DNA of 64,000 nt from Nitrospirota bacterium (GTDB lineage: Bacteria; Nitrospirota; UBA9217). Shown one piece after another: positions 39,681 to 49,662 of this stretch (positions are counted from its first letter, which is position 1; each line of letters begins with the position of its first letter). Both the position numbers and the translations under genes were made by a program. Location of the stretch: NCBI GenBank assembly GCA_963740085.1, contig CAVUCU010000001.1:384001-448000 (forward strand). Direction: 5' to 3'. A model generated the notes under the pieces. The model saw only the letters and a list, made by a program, of their open reading frames with translations. It was not told where the DNA came from and did no database searches.

Positions 39681-41576
39681 TCAAATATCCAGCTCCGCAT
39701 ACTCCGCCCGTTCCTGAATAAAGGTGAATCGTGCCTTCGGGTCCTTACCCATGAGACGTTCGAACACATCATCGGTAGCCTTGTGGTCCAGCACCTGCAC
39801 CCTCATCAGGGTGCGGGTTTTCGGGTTCATGGTCGTCTCTTTCAGCGTCTCCGGATTCATTTCGCCGAGACCCTTGAACCGGCCCACCTCGTAGTTTTTC
39901 CCATTCAGCTTAGCGAGGATCTTCTCCTTCTCCATCTCGTCCATGGCGTAGAAGACCTCCTTACCTGCCTCGATCCTGAACAGCGGAGGCATGGCAAGGT
40001 AGATATGCCCATGGTTGATAAGGTCGGGCATGTAGCGGTAAATGAAGGTGAGCAGCAGAACGCTGATGTGGGCCCCGTCCACGTCCGCGTCGGTCATCAG
40101 GATCACACGGTTGTAGCGGAGCTTGTTGAGGTCGAATTGCACTCCCACGCCGCACCCCAGTGTGGCGAGAAGGTTCTTGATCTCGTTGTTCTGCTGGATC
40201 CGGTCGAGGGATGCCACCTGCTCCACGTTCAGGATCTTGCCGCGAAGTGACAGCACGGCCTGGGTCTTGCGGTCACGCGCCATCTTGGCGGACCCGCCCG
40301 CCGAGTCACCTTCCACAATGAAGAGCTCGGTATCCTCCACCTTGTTCGAAGAACAGTCCGCAAGCTTGCCCGGCAGGTTCAGTTTTAACGACGAGAGCTT
40401 CCGCGTAACGTTGTCCTTGGCGGCCCGCGATGCCATGCGCGCCTCGGCGGAAAGCAGCACACGATTTACCACGGCATCCGCCATGGTGGGGTTACCGAGC
40501 AGGTACGCTTCACACGCGGTCTTTACCGAGGCCTCGATGGGCGAGGAGATCTCCGGGTTGTTCAACTTCTCCTTGGTCTGGCCTTGAAATTGTGGATTTT
40601 TTATGAGCACGCTGACGATGCCATAGAGCCCTTCGTACACGTCTTCTGAAGCAATGGTCTTGATGTTCTTCGGGATGAGGTTCTTTCGTTCTGCATAGGC
40701 TCGCACCGCTTTGGTCAACCCTGCCCTGACCGCCATCTCGTGGGTGCCGCCGTCGGACGTGTTGATCGAGTTGGCATAGGAATGGATCTCCATGTCCGTG
40801 GCCAGGGTCCAGTGCATCGCGCACTCTATCTTGAAGTCGTCCTCTTTCTCGAAATAAAAGGGTTCGGCGTTCACGACCGTTGTTCCGGAAACGATGCGCT
40901 TGATATAGTCCTGGATCCCGTTGTCGTATTTGAAGGTGACCGGCTTCTCCCCGTCGCGGCGGTTCTCGATCGTGATCTTGAGACCTTTGTTGAGGAAGGC
41001 CTTGCTCTCTGACACGTCGAGAATGCTCTTATAATTGAAGGTGGTCTTCGCGAAGATCTCCGGATCCGGGCGGAAGTAGATCCGGGTGCCGTGCGCCTTG
41101 GCCGGCTTTCCTTTTTTGAGATTTCCCTTGGGCTTGCCGCGCGAGAACTCCTGAGTCCACTCGTAACCGTCACGCCAGACCGTGGCTATGAAAACCTCCG
41201 CCAGAGCATTCACGACCGATGCCCCTACGCCGTGCAGGCCGCCGGAGGATTTGTAGACCGTGTGGTCGAATTTGCCGCCTGCGTGGAGCGTGCAGAGGAT
41301 GGTCTCGATAGCAGGCCGCTTGGTCTTCGGATGGATGTCAACGGGTATGCCGCGACCGTTGTCCTCAACCATCACCCCGCCGTCCTTCTCGATCGCAATG
41401 GTTATCTGCGTGCAGTAGCCGTTCAGCGCTTCGTCAACAGCATTGTCGAGCGTCTCCCAGACGAGGTGGTGCAAACCGTGCACATCGGTTGAACCAATGT
41501 ACATGGCCGGCCGCTTGCGAACCGGTTCCAGACCTTCGAGTACGGTAATGTCTTTAGCGGTATACGTCTCTGCCAC
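39681..41576 (-). CDS. parE: Type IIA topoisomerase subunit B (ParE-like; GyrB not excluded)
   Basis: LEPVRKRPAMYIG, DNGRGIP, GGLHGVG, EGDSAGG, LRGKILN, DADVDG, RFKGLGEMN; GTG start. Confidence 0.8.
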   Translation of the reverse strand: MAETYTAKDITVLEGLEPVRKRPAMYIGSTDVHGLHHLVWETLDNAVDEALNGYCTQITIAIEKDGGVMVEDNGRGIPVDIHPKTKRPAIETILCTLHAGGKFDHTVYKSSGGLHGVGASVVNALAEVFIATVWRDGYEWTQEFSRGKPKGNLKKGKPAKAHGTRIYFRPDPEIFAKTTFNYKSILDVSESKAFLNKGLKITIENRRDGEKPVTFKYDNGIQDYIKRIVSGTTVVNAEPFYFEKEDDFKIECAMHWTLATDMEIHSYANSINTSDGGTHEMAVRAGLTKAVRAYAERKNLIPKNIKTIASEDVYEGLYGIVSVLIKNPQFQGQTKEKLNNPEISSPIEASVKTACEAYLLGNPTMADAVVNRVLLSAEARMASRAAKDNVTRKLSSLKLNLPGKLADCSSNKVEDTELFIVEGDSAGGSAKMARDRKTQAVLSLRGKILNVEQVASLDRIQQNNEIKNLLATLGCGVGVQFDLNKLRYNRVILMTDADVDGAHISVLLLTFIYRYMPDLINHGHIYLAMPPLFRIEAGKEVFYAMDEMEKEKILAKLNGKNYEVGRFKGLGEMNPETLKETTMNPKTRTLMRVQVLDHKATDDVFERLMGKDPKARFTFIQERAEYAELDI

Positions 41577-41648
41577 GAATGAACCTCCCTGCCTTCTCGC
41601 TAAAAATAGCACAACACGACGACAGCGGTCAATGGGAAAATCAGAAAC

Positions 41649-41751
41649 ACGAAGGACGGCGGAAGACTGTTCGCTTCGCTCACGAGGACGATGGAGGCAA
41701 CGACTTATCGTCCATCGTTCCTCCGTCCTTCATCCCTCGTCCCTCGTCCTT
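41649..41751. repeat. Heptamer-periodic hairpin overlapping the M48 gene 3' end
   Basis: ACGAGGACGATGGAGG versus TCGTCCATCGTTCCTCCGTCCTTCATCCCTCGTCCCTCGTCC, with internal TTCGCTTCGCTC. Confidence 0.65.
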
Positions 41752-42973
41752 GTAGTTCGCGAATCCTCTCCACCACCGGAGGATGGGAGTAATGGAACGC
41801 CGCATAAAGCGGGTGGGGGTGCAGATTGGCCAGGTTCTCGCGCGATAGTTTCACCAGGGCGGACGCCATGGCATCCGGACGACCGGTAAGTTCGGATGCA
41901 AAATGGTCTGCCTCGCGCTCGTCTCTCCGGGACAGATACGAGAACAGCGGGGTGAGCGGGAACATGACAAGAGAACTTAAAAACACCAGGATAACGATGC
42001 GGGAGAAGAATGAAGCATCCGCAAGACCGACCATGCCCGGCAGGCCGTTCCAGGTGAGGAGATGAAAAGCCAGAAACAATCCGCAGAACGCCATGCCCTC
42101 GGTCAGAACGAGCCGCTTCAGTACATGCCGCTTCTTCCAGTGACCTGCCTCGTGCGCAAGGACGGCGAGGATCTCCTCCTGCGTCATCTGCTCGATCAGG
42201 GTATCGAACAGAACGATCCGCTTCACCCGGCCGATGCCGGTAAAGTATGCATTCGAATGGCGGCTTCTGCGGGACGCGTCCACCTGGAACACGCGGCTCA
42301 CCTTTAGCCCGGCGCGCTCCATGAGATCCCGTACTTTCTCCTCCAACCCCCCTGCCTTCACGGGTTCAATTTTAAAAAAAAGAGGTTCTATAACGACCGG
42401 CGAGATATACATGACGAAAATGCCGAAGACCAGGAGAAAGGACCATAGCCAGACCCACCACCACGCGGGGCTGGCCTGTATGATTGCGAGCGCCGAGAGA
42501 GCGACCACGGAACCCAGGACCGAAGAGATCGCGACCGACTTGATGAGATCGGTGAACCAGAGACGCATTGTCATGGTATTGAAACCGTAGCGATTTTCTA
42601 TCCTGAAATTCCTGTAGAGGCTGAAGGGAATATCTATGAGCATCTGGGCATACATGAGGATAAGAAAAAAAATCAGCCCTCCCCAGAGAAGCGAGCCGGT
42701 GAACGAGAGGATCCACCGGTCATAGACCCCGAGTAACCCCCCGAAGAGGAAGAGGATGGTAAGGAGATTGCCGAGGATGGATTCAAGAAGACCGAACCGG
42801 CTGTTCTCAAGGGTATAATCGGATATTTTTTCCAGAAGCGCCGGATCAACCACACCCTGAAATTCAGGGGGCACGGTCCGTCCATGGACTTTTAAATAGG
42901 AAAGGTTCAGATACCTGAGCCAGTATCCGGTCCCCAAAACGATCAGGTAAGCAATGAAAACAGCGGCAGACAT
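41705..42973 (-). CDS. M48 family (Ste24-like) zinc metalloprotease
   Basis: NAYFTG, RIVLFDTL, HEAGH, EREAD, HYSHPP. Confidence 0.92.
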   Translation of the reverse strand: MSAAVFIAYLIVLGTGYWLRYLNLSYLKVHGRTVPPEFQGVVDPALLEKISDYTLENSRFGLLESILGNLLTILFLFGGLLGVYDRWILSFTGSLLWGGLIFFLILMYAQMLIDIPFSLYRNFRIENRYGFNTMTMRLWFTDLIKSVAISSVLGSVVALSALAIIQASPAWWWVWLWSFLLVFGIFVMYISPVVIEPLFFKIEPVKAGGLEEKVRDLMERAGLKVSRVFQVDASRRSRHSNAYFTGIGRVKRIVLFDTLIEQMTQEEILAVLAHEAGHWKKRHVLKRLVLTEGMAFCGLFLAFHLLTWNGLPGMVGLADASFFSRIVILVFLSSLVMFPLTPLFSYLSRRDEREADHFASELTGRPDAMASALVKLSRENLANLHPHPLYAAFHYSHPPVVERIRELQGRGTRDEGRRNDGR

Positions 42974-43156
42974 GGGACGCATGATACAGTCATTCCGCGG
43001 AAGCGTCAAGGCTTGATTGGGAAAAAGAACACGGATACGGTGGAATTATCAACCCGAAAAACAGCGATTGTGGCCAGAGAGAGGCTTGCCTTGAATAGCG
43101 GTTCAAAACGAATATCAGGTGAGATGAACCCGAATCGTATGACGCAGCGGCTAGCG

Positions 43157-43801
43157 TTACGATTGGGACAATAACGCTATGGCCTTGGTCCTGCTCTTCA
43201 CGTTGAGTTTCCGGTAGACGCGATACAGATGGGTCTTGACCGTTCTCTCGCTGATGCTGCTGCTGACTGCAATCTCCCTGTTCGAGGCGCCCTTGAGAAC
43301 CTGGGAAAGCATCTCCCTTTCTCTATTGGTGAGCGAAGGAAGCCCCGGAAGGTGCGTGTGGAGCGATTCCGTCAACAACAAGGGATTAGAAATTGTCTTC
43401 TCGAGGACCCTGCGCTCAGCCCATATCCCTCCATCAAAAACACAATGAATTGCCTTTATCATGAAGGCAGGCGAATCGGTGGTCTTGAGGAATCCCCTGA
43501 CACCGGTCTTAATATCGGATATCAGCTCTTCATCGGGAAGGGTTTGCTGGAGAATATTAATAATCCTGGTCTGGGGAGACTTTGTTTGAATTGAGTGCAT
43601 GAATCGCGAAAGGGGATGGTCTTTCAGCACACCGGGATTCAAGAGCATGATATCGGGACTTGCTGTCAGATGCTTGACAGCGTTTTCCCGCGAGGAGACG
43701 GTCGAAATAATGTCCATCGAGTCCTGCTGATCCAGTGCAGTGCATAGCGCCTGCATTCGAGCCGGATCGTTTTCTGCGATCATTACGCGAATAGGTGACA
43801 T
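43157..43801 (-). CDS. NarL/LuxR-family regulator with atypical receiver domain
   Basis: C-terminal LTNREREML..SNREIA..ISERTVKTHL HTH; expected phospho-Asp is Asn. Confidence 0.88.
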   Translation of the reverse strand: MSPIRVMIAENDPARMQALCTALDQQDSMDIISTVSSRENAVKHLTASPDIMLLNPGVLKDHPLSRFMHSIQTKSPQTRIINILQQTLPDEELISDIKTGVRGFLKTTDSPAFMIKAIHCVFDGGIWAERRVLEKTISNPLLLTESLHTHLPGLPSLTNREREMLSQVLKGASNREIAVSSSISERTVKTHLYRVYRKLNVKSRTKAIALLSQS

Positions 43802-43931
43802 GACAACCTCATCTCCATAACAACATCTTATGCTAGTTTAGTAGGAAATTGTCAACTTGTCAAGGTGGGACAGCAAAAAAAAGGGGTCAATCGCATATGG
43901 TTGCACCAGTCCCCTGGCGATGCGTTGACCA

Positions 43932-44534
43932 CTAAAACACATCTGCGCCAAAAGAATGGAGCAATTCACCAAGCAGTGACAGCGGCAGCCCGACGACGTT
44001 GAAGTAGCATCCATCGATCTTGTCCACCAGGAGAGCACCGCGTCCCTGGATTCCGTATGCGCCGGCCTTGTCGAACGGTTCCCCGGTGGCCACATAAGAT
44101 ATTATCTCGTGCGGCGCGAGGCTGCGGAACCAGACACGGGTGATCGATGTGCGGGTGAGGGCCTTTCCTGTGACAGCGTCCATGACCGCGAGGCCGGTGA
44201 TCACGCGATGCACGTTGCCGGAGAGCAGCCTAAGCATGCGTTCGGCATCCTCTGCATCTGCGGGTTTGCCGAGGATTTCGTCCTCCAGGACAACAATGGT
44301 GTCTGCGGCAATAACAATGCCGGTTCCTGCCCGTGCAGCCGCGACACGGGCCTTGTCGAGCGCCACCCGCGCAGCATATCCCTCCGGTGACTCGCCGGGC
44401 AGAACGCGTTCGTCCACATCGGCGGGGTCGACACGGCAATCCAGCCCGACCTGACGCAGCAGCTCTTTGCGGCGGGGCGATTTCGATGCCAGAACGATGG
44501 TAACAGGGTTTTTGTTATCCACGTGCGATTGCAT
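43932..44534 (-). CDS. maf: Maf family nucleotide pyrophosphatase
   Basis: LASKSPRR, ADTIV, GKP, DKAGAYGIQG, NVVGLP. Confidence 0.95.
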   Translation of the reverse strand: MQSHVDNKNPVTIVLASKSPRRKELLRQVGLDCRVDPADVDERVLPGESPEGYAARVALDKARVAAARAGTGIVIAADTIVVLEDEILGKPADAEDAERMLRLLSGNVHRVITGLAVMDAVTGKALTRTSITRVWFRSLAPHEIISYVATGEPFDKAGAYGIQGRGALLVDKIDGCYFNVVGLPLSLLGELLHSFGADVF

Positions 44535-44589
44535 ATGATTCAGTCTACACCAGAGAGGAACTGCCGGTGAAAATCCCGCCGTCCTGAGT

Positions 44590-44878
44590 CATTGACCGGC
44601 AGCAACAGAAATAGAAGGATGATACCGGGGGCAAACTCGAAATTACCCTTATCCATCTCGAAAACAAGAACGGAGTCATGGCCACGGTAAGTCCTGCGAT
44701 GCTCCCGCCGACAATCAGGATCGCTCCCGCTTCCACTGAGACATATTCGAATGTGGAAACTACACCGGCCAGAATACCGCGCCGCTCCCGGGCGATAATC
44801 GTCAGTCCAACCTCTTACAGAGACCATCCGCGCTTTTGCGCCGCCCGCCGTTTGACCGTATCAACGCTTATATCATAA
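44590..44878 (-). pseudogene. tupB: Degraded 3' half of tungstate ABC permease (TupB-like)
   Basis: Frames join to ARERRGILAGVV..EAGAILIVGGSIAGLT.AMT / VFEMDKGNFE..GIILLFLL..VN, with a stop and a frameshift. Confidence 0.6.
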
Positions 44879-45028
44879 TGAAATACCAGGCGTCCACTGT
44901 TTATTTACCATCGCCATCCTGATCTCGCATTCAGAAGAAGTACAGTGGTGATTATCTTACGAGGTATGGCAGCTTCCGTCAAGTTTTTATATGACCTGGG
45001 TGTATGACCAAGCTGTTCGCATCTTTCA

Positions 45029-45508
45029 TTAATAAAATGCCGGTACTCGGATCCGTCCGGTTCGCGCTACCCGTATCTCATAGACCGTTTTCAGCGAATC
45101 ATTTTGAATGCTTATCGTACCACCGCTCGCGGTGCCATTGGTATTCATCTGTATGGCATTGACATTCGCATCGACACGTACGCCCGAGGGCAGTTCGGTC
45201 CAGTCATAAATAACGGTGTTCCATGAAGTGCTGTTGTTTGACCGGTTCCCTCGCGTCATTCGATATTGTTTGTTGGTGGTCGCATACTCCACGCGGTGTT
45301 CTAAATTAGTCCTGATCGCCCTGCTTTTTGCCTCCCTCAAAATTGAAACCAGGTCCCTCGTCGTTTTTCGGAACTCAAGGTTTTGTCGCCATTGCGCAAA
45401 CGATGGTATGGCTATAGCAGACAAAACAGAGACAATAAGCACAACAGCCGCGAGCTCGGTCAGGGTAAACCCATTCTGATTATAGCCTATTAACTCGATT
45501 CGTTTCAT
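45029..45508 (-). CDS. FimT/GspH-like minor pilin
   Basis: G|FTLTEL prepilin site, IAIPSF, C-terminal TGRIRV. Confidence 0.88.
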   Translation of the reverse strand: MKRIELIGYNQNGFTLTELAAVVLIVSVLSAIAIPSFAQWRQNLEFRKTTRDLVSILREAKSRAIRTNLEHRVEYATTNKQYRMTRGNRSNNSTSWNTVIYDWTELPSGVRVDANVNAIQMNTNGTASGGTISIQNDSLKTVYEIRVARTGRIRVPAFY

Positions 45509-45563
45509 TGAAACCCCCTGTATGCCGATAGATTCATGCATGCTGACCCTCGTCCCAATCTCC

Positions 45564-46178
45564 TCATCGCTGCCGCCAGTAAAGAGTTGATACACGCTCA
45601 TCCGCTGTCGCGTTTGAAGCGCAGATACCGCCACCGCAACCGGCATTAACTCCTTCTTCGACCACCTGGACGACAGCGGCTTCCACTGCCGCAACGGCAT
45701 TATTCGCAGCGTTGCACTCGGCATTCACGGCAAAATAGAGACCGTGAAACCTGGGATTCCCATTCACGTCCAGTTCACCATAGTATCTTGAGCCTGGTGG
45801 CAGCGGACCGCTGCCCAGGAAATCGACCTTTATATTGGCGGTAACGGTGCCGATTGAGACCACCTGTGACCATTCCGCAGTGCCGCCGGTGGCTACGATA
45901 TATAAATAGGCCGCCGTAAGCGTATCCGGGTTCGCGGCGCAGGCAAGCGCCGCGTCAGCGGCGTAGAAGGCATTCTGAGTGCTCCGAAAATTACCCGCAA
46001 TCGTAAGGTCCGTGGATGCTGTGCCGACGGCCCATGCCCCCAGGATGGTCAGAAGAGCCAGCATCACAAGGGCGAGAACAAGGACCATGCCCCGTTCTTT
46101 GCATAAAATACCCGCGGCAACGGGCACCTTGTCTCTCAACGACTTTCCGCGCATCTCCCCTCTCTTTACCCGTACCAT
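45564..46178 (-). CDS. pilX: PilX-like minor pilin
   Basis: ERG|MVLVLALV without Glu5; IAGNFR..AFYAADA. Confidence 0.82.
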   Translation of the reverse strand: MVRVKRGEMRGKSLRDKVPVAAGILCKERGMVLVLALVMLALLTILGAWAVGTASTDLTIAGNFRSTQNAFYAADAALACAANPDTLTAAYLYIVATGGTAEWSQVVSIGTVTANIKVDFLGSGPLPPGSRYYGELDVNGNPRFHGLYFAVNAECNAANNAVAAVEAAVVQVVEEGVNAGCGGGICASNATADERVSTLYWRQR

Positions 46179-46187
46179 TTTCCCCTC

Positions 46188-47183
46188 CTACCGGTTTCTT
46201 ATCTGGATAACTGATTCAGTTTGACGCATCTTGGCCTGGCCACCAGAAAGCGCAGTGGTCGTCAGTGTCCGACCGGTCAGTATCACCCTTACCGCTCGTA
46301 TAGTACGGTAATCAGCCGGCGCTGGCGCATCAACTTCAGTGTCATCATCCAGGAGGTATCTAAACTGAAGACCCACCATGTTCTGGGCGATCACCTCTGT
46401 AGTAGCGCCGTTCACACTTCTCATCAGACAAAGCTGCCCGTTCGGGCATGTTGCCCCGGGTCCGCACGCAGCAGTTGGCCCAAGACAGTATCTGATCGTA
46501 TTGGGATTCGTATGAGGCGATGCCGTCTTGCAAATCAAGTCCCCTTTGTTCACAATGATGTTCGTCGGGTCGTTATAGCCTGCAGCTATGTTCAACGTCA
46601 ATGACGGAACTTCCCTGTTCGTCCCCGTTATCAGGTAGACCCTGCCGGTCAGCAGTGCTTCATCTGAAAGCTTTGGCTCGGATCTGTCCTGAGGTCTCAC
46701 AATCCTGACATGATCATTCACGTTAAATGAGTCAACCGATTCGATGGAATCAACCGGTACGTTAAAGGTTGCTGCTGTCACGATATAGGTTGTCGCATTA
46801 TTGAGAGGCGTTGTTCTGGCGAAGGTTGCCGATGCCGACGCGGTATTCAGGGTCATCTCATCCGAACATATATGGTTTGGCGCGGGGAGTGGTTGCAGAG
46901 TCCCAGTGGCATTGCCCGCCAATTGTACTGCCGGCATCTTTACCCCGGTATAGGGACTATCGGGCACAAGGATACCGGCCATTCGGATATCTCTGGTTAT
47001 GCTTTCTATGCCGACCCGCAGGTTCTGATGGACCTCAATTACTTCGTCCTGGATATAAGCATTCCGATGGTGAGCAGAGTAGACGGAATATATGGCTCCG
47101 GTGACCGTGCAGAATATGCCCATGACAACGAGGAGCTCTATGAGCGTGACGCCGCCCTGATTTTTATCGTTACCTTTATTCAT
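46188..47183 (-). CDS. pilW: PilW-like minor pilin
   Basis: G|VTLIELLV, RDIRMAG, LQFRY..IRAVRV..IQIRN. Confidence 0.85.
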   Translation of the reverse strand: MNKGNDKNQGGVTLIELLVVMGIFCTVTGAIYSVYSAHHRNAYIQDEVIEVHQNLRVGIESITRDIRMAGILVPDSPYTGVKMPAVQLAGNATGTLQPLPAPNHICSDEMTLNTASASATFARTTPLNNATTYIVTAATFNVPVDSIESVDSFNVNDHVRIVRPQDRSEPKLSDEALLTGRVYLITGTNREVPSLTLNIAAGYNDPTNIIVNKGDLICKTASPHTNPNTIRYCLGPTAACGPGATCPNGQLCLMRSVNGATTEVIAQNMVGLQFRYLLDDDTEVDAPAPADYRTIRAVRVILTGRTLTTTALSGGQAKMRQTESVIQIRNR

Positions 47184-47642
47184 TTAGGTCACCAGCTTGC
47201 AGGTGCTGAAGGTTGCTACCGGCGTTGTTGATCCCTTATAAAATACCCTCACGGTTATTTTCGTCGTGCCTGTCATCGGAGTGTTTGGCGCTACATCATA
47301 TTGTGCCGAGAAAGTGCCTCCGCCTGGCATCGACACGGTGCTGGCTGTCGTTGCGTTCGTGACCGGGTCAAGCATCCTGTGATAGGACGCATTGGTCACC
47401 GAAGAATGTAACAGAGGATCAGAAATCTTGAGCGCGCTCAAATCTTCCACAACCTTCTGTCCCACCATGGTGGCTGCGTAAATTCTGCTGGCAAAGGAAT
47501 TTGCGTTCATAGCGACACTTTGCATGGCGGCTGCGGATAGCAGTCCGGTTGCCAGGATAGTTATCGCGATAAGCAGTTCGAGCAGAGTAAAGCCTCGCAC
47601 GTTGCCATTCTTGTGTACTCCGTTTATGATCATAAGTAGCAA
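47184..47642 (-). CDS. pilV: PilV-like minor pilin
   Basis: RG|FTLLELLIAITILATGLL..MQ. Confidence 0.82.
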   Translation of the reverse strand: MLLMIINGVHKNGNVRGFTLLELLIAITILATGLLSAAAMQSVAMNANSFASRIYAATMVGQKVVEDLSALKISDPLLHSSVTNASYHRMLDPVTNATTASTVSMPGGGTFSAQYDVAPNTPMTGTTKITVRVFYKGSTTPVATFSTCKLVT

Positions 47643-47770
47643 CCTCCTTCAATAAATTTCCCTGATCGCTCGTGCATGTTCGCTATACTAAAATAATGTT
47701 GGCGCCACTGCTTCAATCTTCAGGTCAGTTGTGTGCCAGTCCCCTGTCAGGATGCAAAACGCCTCGGCTA

Positions 47771-48280
47771 TCAAACCACGCAGTTCATTCCATTCCATCT
47801 TCCCTCACTGATTCGAGTCGGTCCTACCGAGATGCAATCGTATTCCGGGTTAATGCCATGGGCATCAAACCGGATATCAAGAACAGCGTTGGCCGGGAGG
47901 GGGCCTGCGGATTTTGAAATGATCCCTTTCGCCTCCATGATGACCGTCCCGTTCCATTGAGAAGGAAACTTGAACTGTTTCGGCACAGGCCATAGCGCCC
48001 TGTCCCCGGAATCAGGCATTGCCCCTCCGCTTTCGTTCGTATCCTCGGTGATCTGATAACCGCCGTTTGTCACCGACACGAAATATGCCTTGTTGCCCTT
48101 GAATGCCCGGACCCTGGCGCTCACCATATCATAATGCATCTGTCTTACCTGACGTTCAATATCGCACCTGTCTCGGAGACCTTGCACACTAAAACCCGCA
48201 ATGCCCATCAGAATGCCGCTTACAGCAACGACAACCATCAACTCCAGCAACGTGACTCCCCGCATTCCCGACCTCCGCAT
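47771..48280 (-). CDS. FimU/FimT-like minor pilin
   Basis: RG|VTLLELMV; C-terminal YDCISV..TRI..G.WNG.NC; GGAGG RBS. Confidence 0.85.
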   Translation of the reverse strand: MRRSGMRGVTLLELMVVVAVSGILMGIAGFSVQGLRDRCDIERQVRQMHYDMVSARVRAFKGNKAYFVSVTNGGYQITEDTNESGGAMPDSGDRALWPVPKQFKFPSQWNGTVIMEAKGIISKSAGPLPANAVLDIRFDAHGINPEYDCISVGPTRISEGRWNGMNCVV

Positions 48281-48684
48281 CGTAACACCTCCTGAACCAT
48301 AGGATTGAATTTGAAATGAACGATACCAGCAGGTCATCGATTTCACTATGCGGGATGCAACTTAAATTTGTTCTCACAGGTTTTCTTGCGCTATCAGGTC
48401 ATGTTTAGAGAAGATTCTTAGGCAAGCTAATAAGGCGATGGATAGGGGGGAATTTCTACCAACAATGAGCGACTGATTATTTTAACGTCCTTTGCAGGGA
48501 ATAGGAATAGTTGGCAAGTGTCAGCGGATGGGAGGGGATTACGCCGTAGTCAGTTATCCGCCACGTCCCCGATAGAAGCATTCATAGATGATGGATGAAT
48601 GCACGATAGATTCTCACAACAAGACGTTACTGCGGTCTATGCCGCCAAGGGTGATCGAAGGTTGATGCCGGTGGTAGGCGGTTC

Positions 48685-48711
48685 AAAAAAACAACCGTTA
48701 TGGAACGGTTA
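48685..48711 (-). terminator. Rho-independent terminator after the Ig gene
   Basis: AACCGTTCCATAACGGTT hairpin followed by GTTTTTTT on the minus strand. Confidence 0.55.
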
Positions 48712-49632
48712 ACGAATGGCAATAGATACGCGGTACTTTGCTGCACCCCCATTTCCGTCACTGACGGCTATCGACACTTCTTTCTTACCTTTAAATTCCT
48801 TCGGGACTGCCCACTTCAGCAATCCCGTCGAAGGATCTATCGTCACTCCATCCTGGGGAGATTCCAAAGAATAGGCAAGTGTATCTCCATCTGGGTCAGT
48901 TGCCTTGACCTGATAGGTATACGTCATGCCGTCGAAACTGAAATCCCTGTGATCTATGATCATCGGCGGCAAATTCCGGATTTCTCGATTAAGAACCACC
49001 GGATTGCCGTAATCAGTTCCGTCATAGGGTGTTATTCGAACAGAAATGTTGTCGCCCCTTTTTACGGGCGTCCCTATGCTGCTTCCCGTTCCCACCGTCT
49101 CTCCATTCTTGGTCCATTCATACAGGAAAGAGATCGCGTCCCCATCGATATCTTCCCCCTGGACATCAACGCTCAGGGTATCGCCGGGTTTAAAGACCTC
49201 GGGCATTATTTTTATCCTGGAGATCTCGGGCGGGGAGTTAATGATTTGCACGTTATTTGATGCAACCTCCCGATCCTGCAGCATAATCTTAGCCTGAACG
49301 GTTGCCCCTTTTTCCGCATCGGCTCCATCAAATTGCGTAGGCACCTGGGTTGTAAAAGGCCTGCCGTCCACCGACCACTCTATCTGGACGCGAGAAAGAT
49401 CGAATCCGGTTGAACTGAGGTGCAAAATGGTTTTTCGTGTTGCTTCTTTAGGGGTGATTTCCAATGCATACGTTTTGTCGATCCCGGGCGGCTGCGATGT
49501 CCCTGAAATGTCGCTTTTCGTCGCTGAACGCCCCTTGGCACTGGTCAAATCGGGTTTGTCCGACGAGCAGGATAAAAAGAGCACTGCGGTCATGACGAAG
49601 GTCACCAGTTTCATCTGAGAGTGCATTGACAT
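48709..49632 (-). CDS. Ig-domain lipoprotein associated with the pilus cluster
   Basis: Lipobox FLSC; NSPP/NLPP repeats, DIDGD and DPDGD motifs, DGNGG. Confidence 0.82.
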   Translation of the reverse strand: MSMHSQMKLVTFVMTAVLFLSCSSDKPDLTSAKGRSATKSDISGTSQPPGIDKTYALEITPKEATRKTILHLSSTGFDLSRVQIEWSVDGRPFTTQVPTQFDGADAEKGATVQAKIMLQDREVASNNVQIINSPPEISRIKIMPEVFKPGDTLSVDVQGEDIDGDAISFLYEWTKNGETVGTGSSIGTPVKRGDNISVRITPYDGTDYGNPVVLNREIRNLPPMIIDHRDFSFDGMTYTYQVKATDPDGDTLAYSLESPQDGVTIDPSTGLLKWAVPKEFKGKKEVSIAVSDGNGGAAKYRVSIAIR

Positions 49633-49662
49633 ACCATCTTTCCCGCGGATTTCGAAACCGCC

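Noticed and set aside
48578-48602. GCATTCAT..ATGAATGC palindrome as part of a c-di-GMP riboswitch
   Set aside because: No GEMM conserved features; at most an operator, unsupported
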